A stretch of 64,000 bases of DNA from Candidatus Omnitrophota bacterium (GTDB lineage Bacteria; Omnitrophota; Gorgyraeia; Gygaellales; UBA12090), in contig JAUSCZ010000007.1 in NCBI GenBank assembly GCA_030674475.1, positions 669-64,668 of the forward strand, written 5' to 3'. A program made the translations under genes and the position numbers. Every line of letters begins with the position of its first letter. Position 1 is the stretch's first letter. Under the pieces are notes generated by a model. That model ran no database searches. It was not told where the DNA came from and saw only the letters and a program-made list of their open reading frames with translations. Below, piece by piece: positions 34,320-42,151 of this stretch.

Positions 34320-35243
34320 ATGGAAATGCTTTATCAGCGCGATGTGTACGGACAGACCTTAATTGAGCTGGGTAAGAAAGATTCTAATATTGTGGTTTTG
34401 GATGCTGACCTTTCCGGCTCAACCCGCACCTGTCTTTTTGCCAAAGAATTTAAGGACAGGTTTGTTAATTTCGGGGTGGCAGAACAGAATATGGTGGCCG
34501 CCTCCGCCGGCCTGGCCAGCTGCGGAAAAATAGTGTTTCTCTCAACCTTTGCCATATTTGCCACCGGGAGGGCCTGGGATCAGGTAAGAAATACCGTTGC
34601 CTATAATAACTTTAACATTAAGATTGTGGCTACTCACGCCGGGGTGAGCGTGGGTCCGGATGGGGCATCGCATCAGGCTTTAGAGGACATTGCCCTGATG
34701 CGTATAGTCCCGACCATGAAGATTATTGTCCCGGCTGACGGGCCCCAGACCCGCGACGCGGTAATCGCGGCTTATACTACTCCGGGCCCGGTATACGTCC
34801 GATTAGGCCGGCCCAAGGTTCCCACGATAACCGCGGATAAAACCTTTGAATTCGGTAAAGCCCAAATTTTGACCCCGGGAAATGATCTGACTATAATCGC
34901 CTGCGGAATAATGGTAAAATCCGCTCTTGAGGCGGCAGGCCGTCTCAAAGAAAAAGGCCTCAGTTGCCGGGTGATTAATATGCATACCGTAAAGCCTGTT
35001 GATTCTCAGGCAATAATAGAAGCGGCGAGGGAAACCAAAGGCATTGTGGTTTGTGAAGAACATACGGTGATGGGCGGGTTGGCGTCAGCGGTAGATGAAA
35101 TCGTGGCTGAGAATTTGCCGGTCAAGGTTATACGCGTAGGGGTAAAGAACCGCTATGGACAGTCCGGAGAACCGGATGAGCTGATTAAGGAATACGGGCT
35201 TTCGGTTGAGGATATCATTAGTGCCTGTGGAAAGATTGTTTGA
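34320..35243 (+). CDS. tktB: Transketolase, C-terminal (pyrimidine-binding) subunit
   Basis: 307 aa with the typical transketolase C-terminal half. Confidence 0.85.
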   Translation: MEMLYQRDVYGQTLIELGKKDSNIVVLDADLSGSTRTCLFAKEFKDRFVNFGVAEQNMVAASAGLASCGKIVFLSTFAIFATGRAWDQVRNTVAYNNFNIKIVATHAGVSVGPDGASHQALEDIALMRIVPTMKIIVPADGPQTRDAVIAAYTTPGPVYVRLGRPKVPTITADKTFEFGKAQILTPGNDLTIIACGIMVKSALEAAGRLKEKGLSCRVINMHTVKPVDSQAIIEAARETKGIVVCEEHTVMGGLASAVDEIVAENLPVKVIRVGVKNRYGQSGEPDELIKEYGLSVEDIISACGKIV

Positions 35244-36190
35244 TCCTTGAAATGATTAAGAAAAAATCGCCGGTGAGCCTTAAAGCGGATAAAAGAATAC
35301 AAAAAATCCCCGGCGGGGTCCAGGTTTTATCTTACGCTAAATTAAATCTTTACTTAGAGATTTTAGATAAACGTCCGGATGGTTACCATAACCTGGAGAC
35401 AATTTTTGAACGCGTATCCTTAGCGGATGAAATAGTTATAAAAAGGGCTCCCGGTAATTCCATAAGAATAGAAACCGATTCTCCGGATATACCTAAAGGC
35501 TCAGGAAATTTAGCGCATCAGGCCGCGGAGCTTTTAAAGAAAGACCTTGGTATCTCTGCCGGCTTGGTGATTAAGATAAAAAAGCGTATTCCGGTAGGCG
35601 CGGGTTTAGGCGGTGGTTCAAGTAATGCCGCCAGTACTCTTTTAGGATTAAATTACTTCTGGAATTTAGGTTTAAGCGCTGAAGAATTAAAAGAGTATGC
35701 CTCGCGCCTGGGTAGCGATGTAGCTTTTTTTGTCTATAATTATCCTTTGGCAATCGGACGCGCAAGGGGAGAGCGGATAGAACCCTGGAGTGGTTTTAAA
35801 AAGAAGCTCTGGCACGTGATAGCCGTTCCTAAATTAAATGTCTCTACCGCTCTAATATACCGGGATTTAGATGTATCGCGCGAACAGACAGGAAATAAAA
35901 AAGCCTTTGGCTCATCAAGGATAAAAAATCTAGGGACGAACGGTAGTTCGTCCCTACGCGTCAAAGATATTTTATTCAATCGCCTTGAGGAAGTAACTTT
36001 TAAAAGATATCCTCAAGTAGGCAGGCTTAAGCGGAATTTAGAAGCGCGAGGACTCAAAAACGCGCTGATGTCCGGCTCCGGCTCCGCGGTCTTTGGGATG
36101 GTGGGAAGCAGAAAGGGGGGGTTGAGAATAGCTAAAATTTTGAAGCGTTCTAAGAATCTCAAGGTCTTTGTCGCGGAAACCGCCGTTTAA
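35240..36190 (+). CDS. ispE: 4-diphosphocytidyl-2-C-methyl-D-erythritol kinase (GHMP kinase)
   Basis: GHMP motif PVGAGLGGGSSNAA. Contains an in-frame palindromic insertion at 35931..35957. Confidence 0.75.
   Translation: MILEMIKKKSPVSLKADKRIQKIPGGVQVLSYAKLNLYLEILDKRPDGYHNLETIFERVSLADEIVIKRAPGNSIRIETDSPDIPKGSGNLAHQAAELLKKDLGISAGLVIKIKKRIPVGAGLGGGSSNAASTLLGLNYFWNLGLSAEELKEYASRLGSDVAFFVYNYPLAIGRARGERIEPWSGFKKKLWHVIAVPKLNVSTALIYRDLDVSREQTGNKKAFGSSRIKNLGTNGSSSLRVKDILFNRLEEVTFKRYPQVGRLKRNLEARGLKNALMSGSGSAVFGMVGSRKGGLRIAKILKRSKNLKVFVAETAV
35931..35957. repeat. Palindrome TAGGGACGAAC-ggta-GTTCGTCCCTA inside the ispE coding sequence (in frame; encodes ...GTNGSSSLR...)
   Basis: Seen directly; a member of the TAGGG...CCCTA family. 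Confidence 0.6.
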
Positions 36191-36236
36191 CGTGTGTTAA
36201 GAAAGTAAAAAAGCTTAAAACTGGAGGGATACAGCT

Positions 36237-36644
36237 ATGGAAATAACCGAAGTAAGAATATTTTTAAAAGATTCAGTGGATAAAAAACTTAAGGCCTACG
36301 CCACGGTTACATTTGATGATGCTTTTGTGGTAAGGAATATAAAAGTTATCGAGGGCTCCAGCGGTCTATTCATCGCTATGCCTTCGCGTAAAATAAAACA
36401 GCCCTGTCCGAAGTGCGGCTACCGTAATGAAATCCGCAGTAAATACTGTAACCAGTGCGCGGCTCAACTTCCTTTGGTTTCGGAGCCGATTACAGGTGAG
36501 TCTCAGGCCTCGGATATGCAGGCTGAACATAAGGATATCGCTCATCCCATAACCCAGATTTTCCGGGAACAGCTTCAAAAGAAGGTCATTGAGGCCTACG
36601 AGCAGGAAAAGAAAAAGGGACCCCGCGTAGCGGTTAAAGAGTAG
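36237..36644 (+). CDS. spoVG: SpoVG-family protein with an inserted C4 zinc-ribbon (CPKCG...CNQC)
   Basis: MEITEVRIFL...FVVRNIKVIEGSSGLFIAMPSRK ... DIAHPIT match SpoVG. A ~45-aa insert with CxxC-x14-CxxC replaces the usual short loop. Confidence 0.7.
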   Translation: MEITEVRIFLKDSVDKKLKAYATVTFDDAFVVRNIKVIEGSSGLFIAMPSRKIKQPCPKCGYRNEIRSKYCNQCAAQLPLVSEPITGESQASDMQAEHKDIAHPITQIFREQLQKKVIEAYEQEKKKGPRVAVKE

Positions 36645-36672
36645 TTAATAGTTTATGGTTTATAGTTTATCC

Positions 36673-36701
36673 GTAGGGGCAGGTTCCGAACCTGCCCCTA
36701 C
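36673..36701. repeat. Palindrome GTAGGGGCAGGTTCCGAACCTGCCCCTAC, flanked by GTTTATGGTT.../...AACCATAAAC inverted repeats
   Basis: Seen directly downstream of spoVG. Confidence 0.7.
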
Positions 36702-36732
36702 CATCAACCATAAACTGTTATCGTGAAAAATC

Positions 36733-36803
36733 TGCCCGGTAGTGTAATGGTAGCACACGAGAATTTGGATCTCGGCGTTGAGGTTCGAGCCCTCACCGGG
36801 CAA
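36733..36803 (+). tRNA. tRNA-Gln (anticodon UUG)
   Basis: Folded by hand: 7-bp acceptor TGCCCGG/CCGGGCA, U8, D-stem GTGT/GCAC, anticodon stem CGAGA/TCTCG with loop AUUUGGA, T-arm TGAGG-TTCGAGC-CCTCA, discriminator A. CCA is not encoded. Confidence 0.75.
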
Positions 36804-36810
36804 TGGTTCG

Positions 36811-36906
36811 ACGCGCTCCGACGGCATTTGCCGTCGGAGCTTGCTCACCATTTGTAAGCGGCGAACCATCCCGAGCAAGCGACGAACGTAGTGAGGAGCG
36901 CGTCGA
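36811..36906. repeat. Nested-hairpin element (outer inverted repeat CGACGCGCTC/GAGCGCGTCG; inner CTCCGACGGCA/TGCCGTCGGAG; GCTTGCTC/GAGCAAGC) carrying a CGAACGTAGTGAGG motif
   Basis: Seen directly between tRNA-Gln and the GIY-YIG gene. Related in architecture and motif to the 19383 element. Confidence 0.6.
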
Positions 36907-36913
36907 GGGATAT

Positions 36914-37192
36914 ATGTGGTATGTTTATATGTTAAAATGTCAAGACGGTGCAATTTATACAGGTATTACCGATGACATCGCAAGACGCTTTAAGGAACAC
37001 GCGCAAGGTAAAGGCGGACATTACACGAATTGCAACAGGCCAAGAGAAGTTTTGTATAAAGAGCCTTTTGAGGATAGATTGGACGCAGAGCAACGTGAAC
37101 AACAGATTAAACGTTGGAGCAAGGTAAAGAAGCTGGCTTTAATCGGGGGCGATAAGAGTGAATTGATAAACTTGAGTAAATCTCGAGATTAG
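36914..37192 (+). CDS. GIY-YIG nuclease-domain protein (UPF0213/YhbQ-like)
   Basis: MWYVYMLKCQDGAIYTGITDDIARRFKEHAQGKG is a canonical GIY-YIG motif. The start at 36914 is preferred over the 36803 ORF start, which overlaps the tRNA. Confidence 0.75.
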   Translation: MWYVYMLKCQDGAIYTGITDDIARRFKEHAQGKGGHYTNCNRPREVLYKEPFEDRLDAEQREQQIKRWSKVKKLALIGGDKSELINLSKSRD

Positions 37193-37204
37193 CCAATCAA
37201 AAAA

Positions 37205-38503
37205 ATGAAACATAAATTCGCGGGGATAATTTTAGCGGCGGGTAAAGGGACGCGGATGAAGTCGGAAATTCCCAAGGTGATGCATCCTCTCTGCGGCCGG
37301 CCGATGCTGGCCTATGTTTTGGATTTGGCTAAAACCCTTAAATTGGACCGGACCATTGTTATCACCGGACACGGTAGAGAACTATTGCAAGGCCTTCTGG
37401 CTGAGTATAGAGCCAAGAGCGTATATCAGGATAGGCTGGTGGGCACTGCTGATGCCGTCCGAAGAACAGAGAGCGCCCTGAAAGATTTCTCCGGAAATTT
37501 ATTGATCCTTTACGGGGACCAGCCGCTTTTAAAAGCCGAAACCTTAAAGAAGCTTATCCAGACGCATATTTCCAGCAATGCCTCGGCTACTATTTTGACC
37601 GCCCGCATGGATAATCCCTTTGGATACGGAAGGATTATCCGGGATAATCACGGCCGAGTCCGGGCTATTATGGAAGAAAAAGACGCCTCCGAGGAGCAAA
37701 AAAGGGTCAAAGAAATAAATACCGGGATAATTTGTTTTAGAAAGGATATTCTTTTTAACGCCATAGCCAGGATAAAACCGGATAACGCCAAGAAGGAATA
37801 TTATCTCACCGATGCCATAAAAATAATGGCGGCCAAGGGGCTGACTATTGAGTCTTTATGTCTAAGCGAAGATGTCCGGGAGGCCCAGGGGATAAATTCG
37901 CGGATAGATTTAGCTCAGGCTCAAAAGATTATGCGCCAGCGGATCTTAGACAATTTTATGGCCTCCGGGGTTAGTATTATTGACCCGGACACTACCTATA
38001 TAGAAGCAGGGTGTAAAATAGGCCAGGATACCGTAATTTATCCCTTTACAGTTATTGAAAAGGATGTTATAATTAAAAAATTCTGCTCAATCGGGCCTTT
38101 TTGTCATTTAAGGCCGGGCACCAGGATTGAAGATAAAGCGGTGATTGGCAATTTTACCGAGATAGTCCGTTCGCGTATTGGCCAGGATACCCTGATGAAG
38201 CATTTCAGTTATCTGGGTGATGCCGTGGTGGGAAGAGCGGTGAATATCGGCTGTGGCACAGTTTCGGCCAATTTTGACGGCAAGAATAAGCAGAAGACGA
38301 TTATAGGAGAGGGCGCCTTTATCGGCTCTGATACGATATTAAGAGCTCCGGTTAAAATCGGGAAAAAGGCGGTTACGGGGTGTGGTTCGGTGATAATCAA
38401 GGATGTTTTGGCCGGAGAAGTGGTGGCAGGTGTGCCGGCCAGACCGTTAAAATTTAAAATCCTAAATCCTAAACAAATTCAAAACCCTCAACTCAAAACA
38501 TAG
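37205..38503 (+). CDS. glmU: Bifunctional N-acetylglucosamine-1-phosphate uridyltransferase / glucosamine-1-phosphate acetyltransferase
   Basis: N-terminal nucleotidyltransferase (GIILAAGKGTRM) plus C-terminal left-handed beta-helix hexapeptide repeats. Confidence 0.85.
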   Translation: MKHKFAGIILAAGKGTRMKSEIPKVMHPLCGRPMLAYVLDLAKTLKLDRTIVITGHGRELLQGLLAEYRAKSVYQDRLVGTADAVRRTESALKDFSGNLLILYGDQPLLKAETLKKLIQTHISSNASATILTARMDNPFGYGRIIRDNHGRVRAIMEEKDASEEQKRVKEINTGIICFRKDILFNAIARIKPDNAKKEYYLTDAIKIMAAKGLTIESLCLSEDVREAQGINSRIDLAQAQKIMRQRILDNFMASGVSIIDPDTTYIEAGCKIGQDTVIYPFTVIEKDVIIKKFCSIGPFCHLRPGTRIEDKAVIGNFTEIVRSRIGQDTLMKHFSYLGDAVVGRAVNIGCGTVSANFDGKNKQKTIIGEGAFIGSDTILRAPVKIGKKAVTGCGSVIIKDVLAGEVVAGVPARPLKFKILNPKQIQNPQLKT

Positions 38504-38612
38504 AAAATTTCATATTCTACTTTTTCTGTTTTGGATTTTGAGTTTTAAACATTTGAGTTTGTTTAGAGTTTAGAGTTTCGGGTTTAGAGTTTTGATATTT
38601 TAATTTATTATT

Positions 38613-39551
38613 ATGGATAAATTAGCCGTAGTTACCGGTAATGCCAATCCGGAATTAGCCAGAAAAATCTGCAGGTATCTTAAGATCAAGCTCTCTGAAT
38701 GTTTGGTGGGAAAGTTCAGCGAAGGAGAAATCAGGGTTAAGATAGAAGAAAATATCCGTGGTAAGGATGTATTTGTGGTCCAGCCGACCTGCACTCCGGT
38801 TAATGACAACTTGATGGAACTCCTGATTATTATTGATGCCCTAAAAAGGGCCTCCGGGAAACGGATCACCGCGGTCATGCCGTATTACGGCTATGCCCGC
38901 CAGGACCGCAAGGATCAGCCCAGAGTTCCTATTACGGCAAAGCTGGTAGCTAATCTGATTACTGTGGCCGGGGCAGACCGGGTTTTAACCATGGATCTGC
39001 ATGCCGGTCAGATTCAGGGTTTCTTTGATATACCCTTAGACCATCTTTTTGCCGTGGGCGTGATGGTGGAGTATTTTAAAAAGTTGAAGCTTAGCGATTT
39101 GGTGGTGGTTTCTCCTGATGTAGGCGGTATTAAAATGGCCAGGGCTTATGCCAAGAGGCTGGAGGCCGGGCTGGCTATCGTGGATAAACGCCGGATTTCC
39201 CCGGAGTCCACCGAGGCAGTGCATATCTTAGGTGATGTTGAAGGCAAAAATGTCCTTTTGGTTGATGACCTTATTTCTACCGGTTCTTCTCTGATTGAGG
39301 CGGTAGAGATTCTCAGCCAGCGGGGGGCCAAGGAAATCCGGGCGGCAATTACTCACGGCGTGCTTTGCGGTTCGGCCCTTGAGCGGATAGAGAAATGCAA
39401 AAAACTTAAAGAGTTGGTGATTACTGACAGCATTCCTTTGGATGATGCTAAGAAAAATATCCGGATAAAGGTTTTATCGGCAGCCGAACTTTTTGGCGAG
39501 GCAATCAAGAGGATTCACGGTGAGGAATCAGTCAGTTCATTATTTGATTAG
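38613..39551 (+). CDS. prs: Ribose-phosphate pyrophosphokinase
   Basis: 312 aa with the PRPP synthetase signature (DLHAGQIQGFFDIP, VDDLISTG). Confidence 0.85.
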   Translation: MDKLAVVTGNANPELARKICRYLKIKLSECLVGKFSEGEIRVKIEENIRGKDVFVVQPTCTPVNDNLMELLIIIDALKRASGKRITAVMPYYGYARQDRKDQPRVPITAKLVANLITVAGADRVLTMDLHAGQIQGFFDIPLDHLFAVGVMVEYFKKLKLSDLVVVSPDVGGIKMARAYAKRLEAGLAIVDKRRISPESTEAVHILGDVEGKNVLLVDDLISTGSSLIEAVEILSQRGAKEIRAAITHGVLCGSALERIEKCKKLKELVITDSIPLDDAKKNIRIKVLSAAELFGEAIKRIHGEESVSSLFD

Positions 39552-39637
39552 TGATAAATATTAGTAACCAGTAACCAGTAACCAGTTGTTAGTAACTAGA
39601 AAAATTTTCTGGTTTCTCCCGAACGAAGTGAGGGTAT

Positions 39638-40345
39638 ATGGAAGAGATAATTTTGGAAGCGCAAATAAGAAAAGATAGGGGCACAGGCAGGGTTAATCGT
39701 CTGCGTAAGCAGGCAATTATCCCGGCAGTGGTTTACGGCGAGGGACGAAAAACGCTTACCATACAGGTGCGTTCAAAGGATTTTGTGAATTTGATGTCGG
39801 CGCATCATGGTGAGTCTTTTGTTTTGAACCTGAGGATAAAAGAAGACCTGAAAAATGAAGACAAGGCGGTTTTGATCAAGCAGATCCAGCATAATCCGGT
39901 CACCGACGATATAGTGCATATTGATTTTAATGAGATTTCTCTGACTAAAAAAATAAGGGTAAAGGTTCCGGTTGCCGCCAAGGGTGAGTCTGTCGGGGTT
40001 AAGCAGGACGGCGGGGTATTAGACCATGTCCTCTGGGAGATTGAGGTTGAGTGTTTGCCTACCCAGATACCCAAATCAGTTGAGGTGGATGTTACCGCTT
40101 TAAAAGTGGGTGATTCTATTCATGTCCGGAATCTGGTTATCCCTCAAGGCTTGAAGGTGTTTAATGACCCTGAAGCGACAGTATTGGCGGTGGTCGCTCC
40201 GACCAAGGAAGAAGCCGCGCCAACAGCTGAAGAAGCATTGGCAGCAGGGGCAAAGGCTGAGCCTGAAGTGATTAAGGAGAAGAAGGAAAAGGCCGAAGGC
40301 GCGGAGGGTGCCTCTACCAAGACAGCTCCGGGAGAGAAGAAGTAG
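39638..40345 (+). CDS. rplY: 50S ribosomal protein L25 / general stress protein Ctc
   Basis: 235 aa bL25/Ctc family with an acidic/Lys-rich C-terminal tail. Confidence 0.8.
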   Translation: MEEIILEAQIRKDRGTGRVNRLRKQAIIPAVVYGEGRKTLTIQVRSKDFVNLMSAHHGESFVLNLRIKEDLKNEDKAVLIKQIQHNPVTDDIVHIDFNEISLTKKIRVKVPVAAKGESVGVKQDGGVLDHVLWEIEVECLPTQIPKSVEVDVTALKVGDSIHVRNLVIPQGLKVFNDPEATVLAVVAPTKEEAAPTAEEALAAGAKAEPEVIKEKKEKAEGAEGASTKTAPGEKK

Positions 40346-40370
40346 TGACAGCACATTGTGCTGTCACTAC

Positions 40371-40943
40371 ATGAGGCTTCAGGTGAAGCTGGTTGTAGGT
40401 TTAGGGAATCCCGGCCCGGAATATAGAAACAGCCGGCATAATTTGGGTTTTATGGCCCTTGACGGTCTGGTCAAAGATTTATTGCTTGAGTTTAAGCTTG
40501 ACAAAGAGAGCCGCTCAATGCGGACAACAACTTTTTTTAATAAAGAAGATGTTATCTTATGCAAGCCTCTTACCTATATGAATCTTTCCGGTGAGAGCGT
40601 CTTGAAGCTGAAAACAATAAATAAGCTCACCGCGCGGGATATCCTGGTTGTCTGCGATGATATAAGTTTAGAACTGGGCAGGTTAAGAATCAGGGCCAAG
40701 GGAAGCTCCGGAGGCCATAAAGGGTTGAATTCCATTATTAAGGTTTTAGGTTCAAATGAATTCAGCCGCCTGCGCATCGGGGTATCTTTACCAAAAAAAA
40801 ATCAGGATGTAAGCGATTATGTATTGACTGATTTCTCTTCCTCTGAAAAAAAGACAATCCGTCAGGCCCTGGATACGGCGAAAGAGGCGGTTGTATGCTG
40901 GCTGAAAGAGGGGATAGAAACAGCGATGAATAAGTATAACTGA
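40371..40943 (+). CDS. pth: Peptidyl-tRNA hydrolase
   Basis: MRLQVKLVVGLGNPGPEYRNSRHNLGF is the canonical Pth N-terminus. The ATG at 40371 is preferred to the ORF-track 40308. Confidence 0.85.
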   Translation: MRLQVKLVVGLGNPGPEYRNSRHNLGFMALDGLVKDLLLEFKLDKESRSMRTTTFFNKEDVILCKPLTYMNLSGESVLKLKTINKLTARDILVVCDDISLELGRLRIRAKGSSGGHKGLNSIIKVLGSNEFSRLRIGVSLPKKNQDVSDYVLTDFSSSEKKTIRQALDTAKEAVVCWLKEGIETAMNKYN

Positions 40944-40961
40944 TAATAAGAGGAGAAAGTA

Positions 40962-41252
40962 ATGATTAATAATTATGAGGCAATGTTTATATTGCAGCCG
41001 AACCTAAATGAGGCGCAAGGTAAAGAAGCTTTCGCTCAGTTGGATGAAGCGATAATTAAAAATGAAGGCCAGATAGTAACCTCCGGGATTTGGTCGGAGA
41101 AGAGGAAACTTGGTTATCCTATAAAAAAGTTTCAGGAAGGCCTTTACTATCTGATAACCTTTAAGGCTAAAGCTTCCGCTATCTTGAAGTTAAAGCAGAT
41201 TTATAAGCTTAATGAGAATATCCTCAGGATATTAATTACCAGGGCCGCGTAA
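40962..41252 (+). CDS. rpsF: 30S ribosomal protein S6
   Basis: MINNYEAMFILQPNL...; 96 aa. Confidence 0.8.
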   Translation: MINNYEAMFILQPNLNEAQGKEAFAQLDEAIIKNEGQIVTSGIWSEKRKLGYPIKKFQEGLYYLITFKAKASAILKLKQIYKLNENILRILITRAA

Positions 41253-41309
41253 GGAACGGTTTAAAACCGTTCCCTGTTAATCACGGTTTTCAGCCGGAGG
41301 GAGCAAGTA

Positions 41310-41750
41310 ATGGCTAATTTTAACAAGGTGTTATTAATGGGAAATCTTACTAAGGATCCCGAACTGCGTTATACTCCCCAGGGCACCGCGGTGGTTAATT
41401 TAAGGATGGCGGTAAACCGGCGCTGGAAGGATAAAACAGGGGAGTCTAAAGAAGAGGTCTGTTTTATTACCGTGGTAGCCTGGGATAAACAGGCGGAAGT
41501 CTGCAACCAGTATCTGCGTAAAGGCGCTCCGGTATTTGTTGAGGGAAGGCTGCAGTCGCGTTCCTGGGAAGATGCTACCGGAGGCAAGCGCAGTGTGGTT
41601 GAGGTCCGGGCGGAGAGGGTGCAGTTTTTAAGTTCGTCTCAAGGCGCCTCAGGAGCAAGGGAGCAATCCCAGCCTGACGCGGATGTTATATCAGAAGTAA
41701 GTCCTCAGCAGATAGATTCTGATTCTTTACAGGAAGACAATATTTCGTAG
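41310..41750 (+). CDS. ssb: Single-stranded DNA-binding protein
   Basis: MANFNKVLLMGNLTKDPELRYTPQGTAVVNLRMAVNRRWKDK... OB-fold SSB. Confidence 0.85.
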   Translation: MANFNKVLLMGNLTKDPELRYTPQGTAVVNLRMAVNRRWKDKTGESKEEVCFITVVAWDKQAEVCNQYLRKGAPVFVEGRLQSRSWEDATGGKRSVVEVRAERVQFLSSSQGASGAREQSQPDADVISEVSPQQIDSDSLQEDNIS

Positions 41751-41770
41751 ACGTAGATGGAGGGAGTGTA

Positions 41771-42115
41771 ATGATTAAAAAAAGTTTTGCCGGTAGAAGC
41801 ACCGGCTCAGGCGCGGGCCGCGGCGCGGGACGCGGCGCGGGACGCGGCGGCGGCAGGAATGTCAAAGGCAAGGTATTTACGCTAAAGAAAGAAAATGAAT
41901 TCGGTTTACCCAGAAAGAAAGTATGCCGTTTTTGTATTGAGAATGTTAAAGCAATTGATTATAAGGATACTAAAAGGCTGGAAAAGTTTATTAACGAAAG
42001 AGGTAAGATGATTTCCCGCCGGGCAACTGGCGCCTGCACTAAGCATCAAAGAGGATTAGGCCGGGCAATTAAACTTACCAGGTATATGGCTTTATTGCCG
42101 TATGTAAGGACTTAG
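41771..42115 (+). CDS. rpsR: 30S ribosomal protein S18 with N-terminal Gly/Arg-repeat extension (GAGRGAGRGAGRGGG)
   Basis: C-terminal ...CRFCIENVKAIDYKDTKRLEKFINERGKMISRRATGACTKHQR matches bS18. The N-terminal RG repeats come from GGCGCGGGACGC tandem repeats. Confidence 0.8.
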   Translation: MIKKSFAGRSTGSGAGRGAGRGAGRGGGRNVKGKVFTLKKENEFGLPRKKVCRFCIENVKAIDYKDTKRLEKFINERGKMISRRATGACTKHQRGLGRAIKLTRYMALLPYVRT

Positions 42116-42151
42116 CGCGGTAGTATTTAAAATCAAAGAAGTGGAGAATAT

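Noticed and set aside
36757-36772. Alternative reading of the tRNA as tRNA-Pro(UGG)
   Set aside because: With the only 5-bp anticodon stem available (CGAGA/TCTCG), the 7-nt loop is AUUUGGA, which places UUG at positions 34-36 (Gln). The UGG reading would require a shifted, non-canonical stem.
36803-36913. N-terminal extension of the GIY-YIG ORF starting at the ATG at 36803
   Set aside because: That ATG lies inside the 3' end of tRNA-Gln. The extension is encoded by the nested-hairpin repeat element (translation AVGACSPFVSGEPSRASDERSEE is repeat-derived). The conserved GIY-YIG protein begins at MWYVYML (36914).
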